Position numbers and translations under genes: made by a program
The notes under the pieces: generated by a model
Told to the model about the DNA's origin: nothing
Databases searched by the model: none
The model's input: the letters and a program-made list of their open reading frames with translations, nothing else
Shown here: positions 27,922-36,907 of the stretch, one piece after another
Layout of the letters: every line of letters starts with the position of its first letter
Numbering within the stretch: the first letter of the stretch is position 1
DNA from: Candidatus Aenigmatarchaeota archaeon
Lineage (GTDB): Archaea > Aenigmatarchaeota > Aenigmatarchaeia > CG10238-14
Length of the DNA stretch: 64,000 nucleotides
Assembly: GCA_018304545.1 (NCBI GenBank)
Contig: JAGVVZ010000001.1
Coordinates: forward strand, 159,495 to 223,494
Direction of reading: 5' to 3'

Positions 27922-28503
27922 TTATATGTTAATATTCAAATCCAAATTTTTTTCTTCTTCCAAAATAATTTCTTCATCAACTCTTGTAGAAGGATGCTTT
28001 GGTCCGAGCAAATCACATACTTCTGGCCCTTTAGAAATTTCAAACGTGCCTATTCTTTCAGCTATTTTTATGATTTCATTTTTGTCAAATCCAAGTAAAG
28101 GGCGTAAAACAGGAATCTTTACAACTTTGTTTATAACCACTAAATTTTCTAAAGTTTGACTTGAGACCTGAGCCAAATTTTCTCCAGTTACTAAAAAATC
28201 ACATTTCTCTTTTTTCGCAATTTTTTCAGCTATTTTATACATGAGCCTTTTGGTCAGAACAAAATAATGCTTATGCGTGCATTTCGTAGCAATTTCTTGA
28301 TATTCCTTGGCGACATTAATTACATGCAATTTTTTAATTCCTAATTTTTCAGAAATTCTTCTGCATTTCAGTTCCGGATTATTGTCAGTTATTGGTTCAA
28401 TGGAAAAGTGAACTGCCGATAAATCAACGTCTAGTTGCTTCATCATATAAGCGGCAACTGGACTATCTATGCCACCACTCAACAACAATAGTCCTTTCAT
28501 CAT
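27922..28503 (-). CDS. PP-loop ATPase (ThiI-like tRNA sulfurtransferase domain, lacks THUMP)
   Basis: 'LLLLSGGIDSPVAAYMM' matches the SGGxDS PP-loop. Confidence 0.65.
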   Translation of the reverse strand: MMKGLLLLSGGIDSPVAAYMMKQLDVDLSAVHFSIEPITDNNPELKCRRISEKLGIKKLHVINVAKEYQEIATKCTHKHYFVLTKRLMYKIAEKIAKKEKCDFLVTGENLAQVSSQTLENLVVINKVVKIPVLRPLLGFDKNEIIKIAERIGTFEISKGPEVCDLLGPKHPSTRVDEEIILEEEKNLDLNINI

Positions 28504-28546
28504 ATCACATTTTTTAATGATTTAGTTTATATTTTAATAGTGATTT

Positions 28547-28708
28547 GATGAATTCAAAGAAATTAAAAGTTGCTGCCAACATGTTATTAGTCACTAAATC
28601 CGGCGGAAAGACCAGTAATTTCAACGGAAAGTATTTTAATTCAGAATCCCACGATTTGTTAGCCTCCAACGGCAAAATCCGTGATGAAATACTAGAAATA
28701 GTTAAATA
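28547..28708 (+). pseudogene. Remnant of inositol-monophosphatase (SuhB/IMPase) C-terminus
   Basis: 53-aa ORF 'KVAANMLLVTKSGGKTSNFNGKYFNSESHDLLASNGKIRDEILEIV' matches only the C-terminal approximately 50 aa of IMPases. There is no upstream remainder. Confidence 0.4.
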
Positions 28709-28772
28709 GTGTCAAAAAATAAAGTTTATTAAACTTTATATAATAAAAGTATGTAGACCTATAGGTGAAAAA

Positions 28773-29159
28773 ATGAGACAAGATACGCTAGCTGATGTAT
28801 TTTCCATAATCAGAAATGCAGAAAAAGTTGGTAAAACTGGTTGTGTAACACCTGCATCTAATTTAGCCAGAGAAGTCCTGAAAATCATACAGAAACTGGG
28901 CTATATAGGTGTTTTTGAATTCATAGACAATGGGAGATCAGGAAAATTCAGAATAGAGCTAAAAAGTAAGATCAATGGCTGCAATGTAATTAAACCACGA
29001 TACTCTGTGAAGGCGGGAGAATTTGAAAAGTTTGAAAAAAGGTTTTTACCTGCAAGAGGATTTGGTATTCTAATCATAAGCACTACTTCTGGAGTAATAA
29101 CTCATGAAGAAGCAAGAGAAAAGAACATAGGTGGAAAACTCATCGGATATATTTATTAA
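28773..29159 (+). CDS. rps8: 30S ribosomal protein S8
   Basis: 128 aa, uS8 ('DTLADVFSIIRNAEK...GKLIGYIY'). Confidence 0.9.
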   Translation: MRQDTLADVFSIIRNAEKVGKTGCVTPASNLAREVLKIIQKLGYIGVFEFIDNGRSGKFRIELKSKINGCNVIKPRYSVKAGEFEKFEKRFLPARGFGILIISTTSGVITHEEAREKNIGGKLIGYIY

Positions 29160-29168
29160 GTGATTCTA

Positions 29169-29693
29169 ATGAAAAAAGAACTTGTTATTCCTGAGGGAAT
29201 CAATGTGGATGTCACTGATAAGAAAATAACTGTCAATGGCAAACTTGGCAAACTCGAAAAGGAGTTCAAGTATTTTCATGATATAAAATTAGAAAAACAG
29301 GACAACAAGTTAACCGTATCATGCGAGTCTGAAAAAAAGAAAGTAAAGGCAATGATAGGGACTATAATTTCTCATACAAAAAACTTAATCCAGGGTGTCA
29401 CCGCAGGATATACCTACAAGCTCAAAGCTGTCTACACACATTTTCCTATGACCAGTAAAGTGGAAGGAAACAGGGTTGTCATAACTAATTTTTTAGGTGA
29501 AAAGACAAGTAGAACGGCCAAGATTTTGGAAGGTGTTAAGGTCGAAATAAACGGCCAAGATTTGACTGTCACGGGCAATGATCTTGAAAAAGTTGCTCAA
29601 ACGGCAGCAAACATCGAAACAGCAACGAAAATTACAAAAAAGGATAGAAGAATATTCCAAGATATGATAGCTATCGTAAAAGGAAAGGCGTAG
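29169..29693 (+). CDS. rpl6: 50S ribosomal protein L6
   Basis: uL6 two-domain protein. ATG at 29169 chosen over the upstream GTG. Confidence 0.9.
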   Translation: MKKELVIPEGINVDVTDKKITVNGKLGKLEKEFKYFHDIKLEKQDNKLTVSCESEKKKVKAMIGTIISHTKNLIQGVTAGYTYKLKAVYTHFPMTSKVEGNRVVITNFLGEKTSRTAKILEGVKVEINGQDLTVTGNDLEKVAQTAANIETATKITKKDRRIFQDMIAIVKGKA

Positions 29694-29696
29694 ATT

Positions 29697-30032
29697 ATGA
29701 ATCCAAAAAGAAAACCAAAATTTCTAAGACAAGGACAATATCTTAAAAGAGTCGGAGAAAAATGGAGAAAGCCAAGAGGAATTCACAGCAAATTAAGACA
29801 GAAAAAGAAAGGCAAAGGCAACATACCAAATGTCGGTTATATGGCACCAAAAAATCTCAGAGGGTTACATCCTTCAGGATTTATGGAGAAATTTGTGGAG
29901 AATGCCAATCAATTATCATCTATTGATTCAAAGAAGGAATCTGTCAGAATATCATCCAAGGTCGGGGAAAGAAAGAGAAAGGAAATTATTAAAAGATCAA
30001 AAGAACTTAATTTGAAGATATTAAATGCGTGA
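29697..30032 (+). CDS. rpl32e: 50S ribosomal protein L32e
   Basis: 'KFLRQGQYLKRVGEKWRKPRGIHSKLR' matches eL32. Confidence 0.9.
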   Translation: MNPKRKPKFLRQGQYLKRVGEKWRKPRGIHSKLRQKKKGKGNIPNVGYMAPKNLRGLHPSGFMEKFVENANQLSSIDSKKESVRISSKVGERKRKEIIKRSKELNLKILNA

Positions 30033-30463
30033 TTATCATGGGCGGTTTATCTTTACAAAAAAGGGTTGCAGCACAACTTTTGAAGGTTGGCGTTACCAAA
30101 GTGTGGATGGATCCTTCGCACAGAGAAGAGATAAAGAACGCCATCACAAAGGCTGATCTGCGAAAAGCAATCTCTCATGGTTATATAAAAAAAAGGAAAG
30201 AGAAGTTAAAATTCCCTGAGGAAACGAAGAGAAAAAAGAAGACTGCAGGCAATAGAAAAGGTAAAAAACATTCGAGATACAGTAAAAAAAGAAAATGGAT
30301 AAATACAATAAGACCGTTGAGAAGAATGCTGAAAGAATTAAAAGATAATGAAAAAATAAATCAGCAGATGTACAGGCAAACATACAGACTGTTAAAGGGT
30401 GGCACATTCAGAAGTAGAGCGCACTTGAAACTTTACTTGGAACAAAAAGGTGTTAAAGTATGA
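30029..30463 (+). CDS. rpl19e: 50S ribosomal protein L19e
   Basis: 'LQKRVAAQLLKVGVTKVWMDP' matches eL19. Confidence 0.9.
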   Translation: MIIMGGLSLQKRVAAQLLKVGVTKVWMDPSHREEIKNAITKADLRKAISHGYIKKRKEKLKFPEETKRKKKTAGNRKGKKHSRYSKKRKWINTIRPLRRMLKELKDNEKINQQMYRQTYRLLKGGTFRSRAHLKLYLEQKGVKV

Positions 30464-31017
30464 AGATGAGAGCAACTTATGAATTGCCGTTCAAAAGAAG
30501 ACGAGAAGGAAAAACAGATTACCATAAGAGATTAGGATTATTGAAGTCAAAAAAATTAAGGCTTGTAATAAGAAGATCGACAAATAATATCAAGGCACAA
30601 ATTATTGAATACAATAAGGACGGGGACAAAATTCTCGTATCATCATCTTCTAGTGAATTAAAAAAACTTGGCTGGGATTACCCAACTGGAAATATACCTT
30701 CGGCATATTTGGTTGGCTTGCTGGTTGGGAAAAAGGCGCTGAAAAATAAAATAGAGGAAGTAATTGTTGACATGGGACTATATAGAAATATAAAGGGTTC
30801 CAGAATAAATTCCGTGTTGAAGGGTGTTCTGGATGCGGGTCTAAAGGTGCCACATGATCCTGAAATATTGCCGTCAGAAGATAGAATCAAAGGAAAACAT
30901 ATCATAAATTATTATAATCAACAAAAAGAGAGAAAAAATCTTTTCATCAAATCAAATCCTATGAAGATGTCTGAAATGTTCGAAAAGGTAAAATCAAGCA
31001 TAACAAAAGGTGTATAA
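30460..31017 (+). CDS. rpl18: 50S ribosomal protein L18
   Basis: 'RREGKTDYHKRLGLLKS...RLVIRRS' matches uL18. Confidence 0.9.
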   Translation: MKMRATYELPFKRRREGKTDYHKRLGLLKSKKLRLVIRRSTNNIKAQIIEYNKDGDKILVSSSSSELKKLGWDYPTGNIPSAYLVGLLVGKKALKNKIEEVIVDMGLYRNIKGSRINSVLKGVLDAGLKVPHDPEILPSEDRIKGKHIINYYNQQKERKNLFIKSNPMKMSEMFEKVKSSITKGV

Positions 31018-31824
31018 GTGGCAAGGAAAAAAACAACTGTGGAGGAAGTGCCGATAGTAGAAGAAATAGTTGTAGAGAAAGAAGCAGTTGAAGCAGTCCC
31101 TATAGTAGAAGGCGTTATTAAACCTGAAGTTCTTGTTGAAGTGGTTGAAAGAGTAATAAAGAGAGAGGTCGAACAAAGACTGGCTGCATGGAGACCAAAG
31201 ACTCAATTGGGCAAAAATGTTTTTGAAAAGAAAATCACAAATATTAATGAAATTTTAGAAAAAGGAATAAAAATAAAAGAACCAGAAATTGTAGACTTTC
31301 TCTTACCTGATATGGAGAATGAATTGTCATTAATTGGCGGACGACCTGGTAAAGGTGGTGGAAATCAAAAAACACCGATAAGAATTTCTGCCAAGATGCA
31401 TAGGTCTGGAAGGAGGATGACATCATCTGCTTTTGCTATAGTAGGAAACAATAACGGTATTGTTGGTGTCGGAAAAGGGAGGGGAAGAGAGGGAAGACTA
31501 GCTGTAGAAAAGGCTATTCAAAAAGCAAAGTTGAATTTAATAAAGGTTGAAAAAGGATGCGGCTCATGGGAATGCGGTTGTGGTGGTGATCATTCTATTC
31601 CTTTCAAGATAATTGGCAAGGCCGGATCTGTCACAATAAGACTCTTGCCTGCACCTAGAGGTGTTGGATTGGCAGTGGATAATGAAACAAAAAAGATATT
31701 GAGATTAGCTGGAATAAAGGATATATGGGGCAAAACCATGGGCAATACTGGTACAAGATACAATTTAGTAAAGGCCGTATATAATGCCCTTAAGAATTTG
31801 CACAAATATAAACTGGGAGAATAA
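31018..31824 (+). CDS. rps5: 30S ribosomal protein S5 (with E/V-rich N-terminal extension)
   Basis: GTG start. uS5 core ('GRRMTSSAFAIVGNNNGIVGVGKG'). Confidence 0.9.
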   Translation: MARKKTTVEEVPIVEEIVVEKEAVEAVPIVEGVIKPEVLVEVVERVIKREVEQRLAAWRPKTQLGKNVFEKKITNINEILEKGIKIKEPEIVDFLLPDMENELSLIGGRPGKGGGNQKTPIRISAKMHRSGRRMTSSAFAIVGNNNGIVGVGKGRGREGRLAVEKAIQKAKLNLIKVEKGCGSWECGCGGDHSIPFKIIGKAGSVTIRLLPAPRGVGLAVDNETKKILRLAGIKDIWGKTMGNTGTRYNLVKAVYNALKNLHKYKLGE

Positions 31825-31825
31825 A

Positions 31826-32170
31826 ATGTACGCGATTGTAAGAATAAGAGGAACTGCAAATATCAGCAAAGACAAAGAAGACACTCTTAAAATGTTGAAT
31901 CTGCCTAGAATCAATACTTGCACTATAGTTCCTGATACACCTCAATACTTGGGGATGATGAGAAAAGTCAAAGATTATGTTGCATTCGGTCCTATCAAAA
32001 AAGAGACTATTGACGAACTTGTCAAGAAAAAGGGATTGAAAGATGATAAACAGGTTTTCAGATTAAATCCGCCGAGAAAAGGATTCCGCTCTGTTAGACT
32101 CTCGTTTCCCAAAGGTGATTTGGGGCTTAGGAGAGAGGGAATGGACGAACTGTTAAAGAGAATGATTTAG
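31826..32170 (+). CDS. rpl30: 50S ribosomal protein L30
   Basis: 'MYAIVRIRGTANISKDKEDTLKMLNL' matches uL30. The internal ATG at 31826 is preferred over the longer track ORF. Confidence 0.85.
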   Translation: MYAIVRIRGTANISKDKEDTLKMLNLPRINTCTIVPDTPQYLGMMRKVKDYVAFGPIKKETIDELVKKKGLKDDKQVFRLNPPRKGFRSVRLSFPKGDLGLRREGMDELLKRMI

Positions 32171-32608
32171 ATGGTAGTAAGAAAAAGAAAAAAAATATTG
32201 AAAAGAAGGGGTTTTGGTAGTCCGGGATATGGAAGTCATAAGAAGCATAGGGGTGGCGGCAGTAAAGGTGGCAAGGGGAATGCTGGTTTGCATAAACACA
32301 AAGTTCATACAATGATAAAATACATGCCAGATCACTTCGGAAGAAAGGGTCTCCGTAGCACAATACCTAAAGAAGTCAAAACAATAAGTTTGATGGAATT
32401 GGATCAAATGATAGACGAATTATTGAAAAACAAAAAAGTTCAGAAAGAGGGTGACGCAATAAAAATTAATTTGTCTGAATTGGGATACGATAAATTGTTA
32501 GGCAACGGAAGGACATCGCATAAATTAATTATCGAGGGAAAACATTTTTCAAAACAAGCAGTCAGAAAGCTAGAAGAATCCGGGGGACAAATAATTTCAG
32601 AGGATTAA
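32171..32608 (+). CDS. rpl15: 50S ribosomal protein L15
   Basis: Gly/Lys-rich N-terminus 'GYGSHKKHRGGGSKGGKGNAG' matches uL15. Confidence 0.9.
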   Translation: MVVRKRKKILKRRGFGSPGYGSHKKHRGGGSKGGKGNAGLHKHKVHTMIKYMPDHFGRKGLRSTIPKEVKTISLMELDQMIDELLKNKKVQKEGDAIKINLSELGYDKLLGNGRTSHKLIIEGKHFSKQAVRKLEESGGQIISED

Positions 32609-32609
32609 A

Positions 32610-34055
32610 ATGGCTTTTGATATAAAGAAATTGGAAAGATTTTTACCCCTAGTTAAAAAACCTACTTATAAAATTTCATTAAACAAAAAATTATTTTGGA
32701 CTGGACTTGTCCTGATGTTGTATTTCATGCTTTCTTCGCAGTTGTTCGGCCATGTCTATGGAATCACGCCTGCAGCTGTTAGTCAGTTCAAAACACTTGA
32801 AATGTTGTTAGGATCTACGTTCGGAACATTAATGACTCTCGGTATCGGACCTATCGTCACATCTTCTATTCTTTTGCAATTGTTGGTTGGATCAAAAATC
32901 ATCAACTGGAACTTACAAAAACCAGAAGACAAAGAAAAATACGAAACGATACAAAAAATTTTGTCATTAACATTTTGCTTATTAGAAGCGGTGATATATG
33001 TTTTGGCCGGGGCGATAAGTCCAAGAAGTCCGGATATAATTACAGTCAGCGCAGTTATATTCCAACTTGCATTAGGCGGAGTCATTGTAATGCTTTTGGA
33101 TGAGATCATAAGCAAATACGGTATCGGATCTGGGATAAGCCTATTCATTGCAGCAGGTGTTTTGAACACTGTATTTATTCAGGTTTTCAGCCCTTGTGTT
33201 GCATCGGGTACGAGCGGATGTTCGTTGCCATCTAAAGGATTAGAACCCATAGGAAGATTCTGGGCATTGCTGATAAATGCTGCCAACGGATCGTTCAGCA
33301 GAATGACGGCTGATATGGTACCGTTAGTTTCCACTATAATAATTGTCATAATCGTTGTTTTTGCTCAGTCTATCACTGTTGACATTCCATTATCGTTCGG
33401 ATCGATGAGAGGATTCGGAAGGAGGTGGTCATTAAACTTATTCTATACGAGTAATATCCCTGTCATCTTAGCCGCTGCTTTATTAGCTAACATGCAATTA
33501 GTCGGCAGCTTAATGGCAAGACCTACAGTTGATAATCCTACATTGAGATGTGGCATCATGGGTTGCTTCTCTGATTCGGCTGGTAATAACCAAGCTATAA
33601 GTGGTTTAATGTATTACATAACTGCCCCCAACCAAAGCATAATTTTGGACGTGTTAAACGGCACATTAACCAATCAGCTAATGCTTAGAATGTTAACATA
33701 TACTTTGTTCCTTACTGCTGGTGCAATACTCTTCTCCATATTTTGGGTTAAAACATCTGGCATGGATGCAGAAAGCGTGGCTAATCAAATATCTTCAATA
33801 AAAATGCAAATTCCGGGATACAGACAGAACCCGAGAATAATAAAGGGTGTTTTAGACAAGTATATACCACCCCTCGCTGTTATAGGCGGAGCAAGCATCG
33901 GATTGCTAGCATCGGTTGCAGATATTCTAGGTGCCTTTGGTAGTGGTACAGGAATATTGCTATCAGTAACAATTCTATATAACATGTACCAACAATTGCA
34001 GAGAGAGGATACAGAAGCAGCTCATCCGTTAGTAAGGAGAATAGTAGGTGAGTAA
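32610..34055 (+). CDS. secY: Preprotein translocase subunit SecY
   Basis: 481 aa, 10 TM helices. Conserved position after rpl15. Confidence 0.95.
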   Translation: MAFDIKKLERFLPLVKKPTYKISLNKKLFWTGLVLMLYFMLSSQLFGHVYGITPAAVSQFKTLEMLLGSTFGTLMTLGIGPIVTSSILLQLLVGSKIINWNLQKPEDKEKYETIQKILSLTFCLLEAVIYVLAGAISPRSPDIITVSAVIFQLALGGVIVMLLDEIISKYGIGSGISLFIAAGVLNTVFIQVFSPCVASGTSGCSLPSKGLEPIGRFWALLINAANGSFSRMTADMVPLVSTIIIVIIVVFAQSITVDIPLSFGSMRGFGRRWSLNLFYTSNIPVILAAALLANMQLVGSLMARPTVDNPTLRCGIMGCFSDSAGNNQAISGLMYYITAPNQSIILDVLNGTLTNQLMLRMLTYTLFLTAGAILFSIFWVKTSGMDAESVANQISSIKMQIPGYRQNPRIIKGVLDKYIPPLAVIGGASIGLLASVADILGAFGSGTGILLSVTILYNMYQQLQREDTEAAHPLVRRIVGE

Positions 34056-34073
34056 TTGGTTTTAGAATCAACT

Positions 34074-34547
34074 ATGAACGCAATACTGTCACCACTACTT
34101 TCTCTTCATCCAGCATTGACTATCTTCATAGTTGCACTAGTCATCAGCATAGTCACAACATTTGTAAATAAAAAAACAATGAATTCAGAAAAAGGAAAAG
34201 TGGCAAAAGAAAAACTGGAAAAAGCGAACAAGTTAAGAGATGACGTACTGAAAGCCCAAAAAGAAGGAGATAAAAAAAAGGCCGAGCAGCTAAGCAAGCG
34301 CGTATTGGAACTCCAGTCAAAATACTTCTCTGAATATTCATCCCTGTCCTTTAAGCCGATGCTTATATCTATATTTTTAGTCATTCTTTTCTTGCCATGG
34401 ATGAAATCTACATATGGAAGTCAGATAGTCGCCACAGTACCGGCAGTAATACCTTACATCGGCGGCAATGGGATGTCATGGCTGTGGTGGTATTTCATAT
34501 GCGCATTAAGTTTAAGTATTGTTGTACGTAAGATTATGGGAGAATAA
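34074..34547 (+). CDS. DUF106-family membrane protein (EMC3/Oxa1-superfamily-like)
   Basis: Three TM helices with a K/E-rich coiled-coil loop. Conserved archaeal position after secY. Confidence 0.65.
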   Translation: MNAILSPLLSLHPALTIFIVALVISIVTTFVNKKTMNSEKGKVAKEKLEKANKLRDDVLKAQKEGDKKKAEQLSKRVLELQSKYFSEYSSLSFKPMLISIFLVILFLPWMKSTYGSQIVATVPAVIPYIGGNGMSWLWWYFICALSLSIVVRKIMGE

Positions 34548-34548
34548 T

Positions 34549-34815
34549 ATGACAAAAACAAGATTCAGATCCGGCAGTTGGACAAAGAGTAAAGTCAAAA
34601 CTCCTGGAAATAAAATTGTTACTCATTACAGCAGGCAGAAGCTCTCTGCTATGAAATGCGCAAAATGCAAAAAGCCTCTGCATGGTGTGGGGAGATATCT
34701 ATCTAAGCAATGGAAAAAACTAAGCAAAACGGAGAAGAGACCGGAAAGACCTTATGGTGGTCAGTTATGCTCGGCGTGCATGAGACAAGTGTTTAGAGAA
34801 AAGGTATTAGATTAA
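34549..34815 (+). CDS. rpl34e: 50S ribosomal protein L34e
   Basis: 'MTKTRFRSGSW...CAKCKKPLHGV...CSACM' matches the eL34 zinc ribbon. Confidence 0.8.
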   Translation: MTKTRFRSGSWTKSKVKTPGNKIVTHYSRQKLSAMKCAKCKKPLHGVGRYLSKQWKKLSKTEKRPERPYGGQLCSACMRQVFREKVLD

Positions 34816-34879
34816 ATAATGAATTTCTTGAAAACCCCATTACAAAAGTTTTATATTCGGTCATCTAAATAATATCATT

Positions 34880-35197
34880 ATGGATAGACTATCTGCAATT
34901 CTTTTGTCGTCAATAATTTTATTATTGATTTCGCCTATCGCATTTGCTCGATGCATTGTAAATGGCGAAGAAATACCATGCGAACAGTTCTGGGCAAGCT
35001 ATGGGTGGATATTTGTAACGATCGGGATCGTGCTAATAGTTCTGTTGACTTTCTGGTTTTTCATGCTTATCGATTGCATAAAAAGAAAGTTCAAAGACAA
35101 AACTTTGTGGACAATTATAATAATATTCACAAATGTCGTGGGTGCTGTATTGTATTATTTCATGGTGAAAAGGAAGAAATCAAATAGGGGCATATAA
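34880..35197 (+). CDS. Small two-TM membrane protein (PLDc_N-like short membrane domain, tentative)
   Basis: 105 aa, two hydrophobic helices, 'WTIIIIFTNVVGAVLYYFMVKRKK'. Confidence 0.4.
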   Translation: MDRLSAILLSSIILLLISPIAFARCIVNGEEIPCEQFWASYGWIFVTIGIVLIVLLTFWFFMLIDCIKRKFKDKTLWTIIIIFTNVVGAVLYYFMVKRKKSNRGI

Positions 35198-35284
35198 AAC
35201 ACCACGAATTTCTGACAAAGAAAACCCATATAAATTTGATTTTTTATATAGAATTAGGATTTTTAAAGAATCATAATAATAGAG

Positions 35285-35800
35285 GTGATTTTAGTGGTGA
35301 CACTTGAAGTAGGTAGAGTTTGCATAAAAACAGCTGGAAGGGAAGCTGGTAAATATTGTGCTGTTATTAAAAAAGATGATGAAAATTTTGTTGTTGTTAC
35401 TGGTCCCAAAGCACTAACTGGTGTTAAGAGGAGAAGATGTAACGTAGAGCATTTAGAACCAACACAATACTTGATTAAAATCAAAGATGACGCACCTGAA
35501 AAAGAGGTTATGGATGCTTTCGAAAAAGCGGGTGTTTTAGCTAAATTGACGCTAAAAAAACCTAGTCCTGAAGTATTGAAAGAAAGCGAAAAGGTAATTG
35601 AAAAGAAGGTTGTAGAAAAGCCTAAAGTCGAAGAGAAAAAAGAAGTTAAAGAAAAGACTGTAGAGAAACCAAAGGAAGAAAAAACAGAAAAACCTGTTGC
35701 TCCTAAAAAAGTAGAAGAGCCAAAACCAAAAAGAGGAGTAAGGGGAAAGGAAGAAAAAATGTCTGAGAAAGTAACGAAAGCTAAAAAGACAAAAAAATAG
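35285..35800 (+). CDS. rpl14e: 50S ribosomal protein L14e with Lys/Glu-rich C-terminal extension
   Basis: KOW-like N-terminus 'LEVGRVCIKTAGREAGKYCAVI' followed by a low-complexity KE/PK tail. Confidence 0.75.
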   Translation: MILVVTLEVGRVCIKTAGREAGKYCAVIKKDDENFVVVTGPKALTGVKRRRCNVEHLEPTQYLIKIKDDAPEKEVMDAFEKAGVLAKLTLKKPSPEVLKESEKVIEKKVVEKPKVEEKKEVKEKTVEKPKEEKTEKPVAPKKVEEPKPKRGVRGKEEKMSEKVTKAKKTKK

Positions 35801-35811
35801 AATAATAATAA

Positions 35812-36612
35812 ATGGTTAGCTTTAGACATGTAGTAATCGTCAATAAAGACAAAGGACTAACGTCAAGAGAAGTAGACGTAGCTATAAAAGAAATATACGG
35901 ATGCAAGAAAGCCGGACATGCCGGAACGCTTGATCCAAATACGACCGGCCTTCTTGCCATATGTTTAGACGAAGCAACTAAGTTGATGCCTCTTTTGATG
36001 GGATCAGATAAAGAATATGAAGGAATAATATATTTGCACAAAGACATCAGCCTAAGCGAATTAAAAAGACAGATTAAAAAACATTTTATTGGCGAAATAA
36101 CACAAGTTCCACCTGTCAAATCCAGAGTTTCTAGAAAGGAAAGAAAAAGAATTATATATTCCTTTGACATCTTAAAAAAAGATGGTAAGAACATATTTTT
36201 TAGAACGAAGGTCCAGGCAGGAACATATATAAGAAAGTTGGCATATGATCTTGGACAAAAAATAAAAACCGGGGCTCACTTGAAAGAATTGAATAGAACT
36301 CATGTTGCTAACATTGGCATAAATCAAAGCCATTTTTTGAAAGAGATAAAAGAAAGACCGTATGAATCCCTAATAGATATTGAGAATGTATTCGATTTCG
36401 CGAAAAAAATAGAAATAAAAAATTCTTCAATTAAAAAAGTAATTCACGGATTGCCGATATTTTCTGAAGATATAATTAGTTCTGATAATGCTGAAAAAGA
36501 TGAATACGTATGTATAAAAAATTCTGGCAAAATTTTAGCGTTGGGAAAAATTATAAAAGATGGTAAGGAGAAGAAAATAAAAGTGGATAGAGTATTGTCG
36601 TTTAACCGCTAG
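35812..36612 (+). CDS. cbf5: tRNA pseudouridine synthase B / Cbf5 (H/ACA RNP catalytic subunit)
   Basis: 'GHAGTLDP' catalytic motif and a C-terminal PUA-like segment. The protein is short (266 aa). Confidence 0.85.
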   Translation: MVSFRHVVIVNKDKGLTSREVDVAIKEIYGCKKAGHAGTLDPNTTGLLAICLDEATKLMPLLMGSDKEYEGIIYLHKDISLSELKRQIKKHFIGEITQVPPVKSRVSRKERKRIIYSFDILKKDGKNIFFRTKVQAGTYIRKLAYDLGQKIKTGAHLKELNRTHVANIGINQSHFLKEIKERPYESLIDIENVFDFAKKIEIKNSSIKKVIHGLPIFSEDIISSDNAEKDEYVCIKNSGKILALGKIIKDGKEKKIKVDRVLSFNR

Positions 36613-36907
36613 TTACGGCTTTTATTGCTACATAAATGAAAAAGCCTGCAATAGCAGTTAAAATATACCCAAATCCGCCTGTAACTGCAAATTTAAATCC
36701 AAGATAAAAAAATAATGGGAATAAAATCATAGCTTTTATTGGAAATTCTGAAGTGGCCATTTTCACCATAATATAAAGCAAAAATGCAAATATTCCAAAA
36801 ATTAGATATATGATACTTTTTGTAGCGAACATGTAACCGAAAAAGAAAAATAGAGGTATGAGTGCAAGTGCCTTTATGACGCTAAATATTACCATCATTC
36901 TCACCAT
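36602..36907 (-). CDS. Small polytopic membrane protein
   Basis: 101 aa, 3 TM segments. Confidence 0.35.
   Translation of the reverse strand: MVRMMVIFSVIKALALIPLFFFFGYMFATKSIIYLIFGIFAFLLYIMVKMATSEFPIKAMILFPLFFYLGFKFAVTGGFGYILTAIAGFFIYVAIKAVTSG

Noticed and set aside
31784-31825. N-terminal extension of rpl30 in the ORF track (MPLRICTNINWENK...)
   Set aside because: It overlaps the rps5 3' end. The conserved L30 N-terminus begins at the internal ATG (31826).
35263-35829. 188-aa minus-strand ORF rich in Ser/Phe/Thr
   Set aside because: It is the antisense shadow of the Lys/Glu-rich tail of rpl14e. Repetitive AAR/GAR codons read as TTY/TCY on the other strand.
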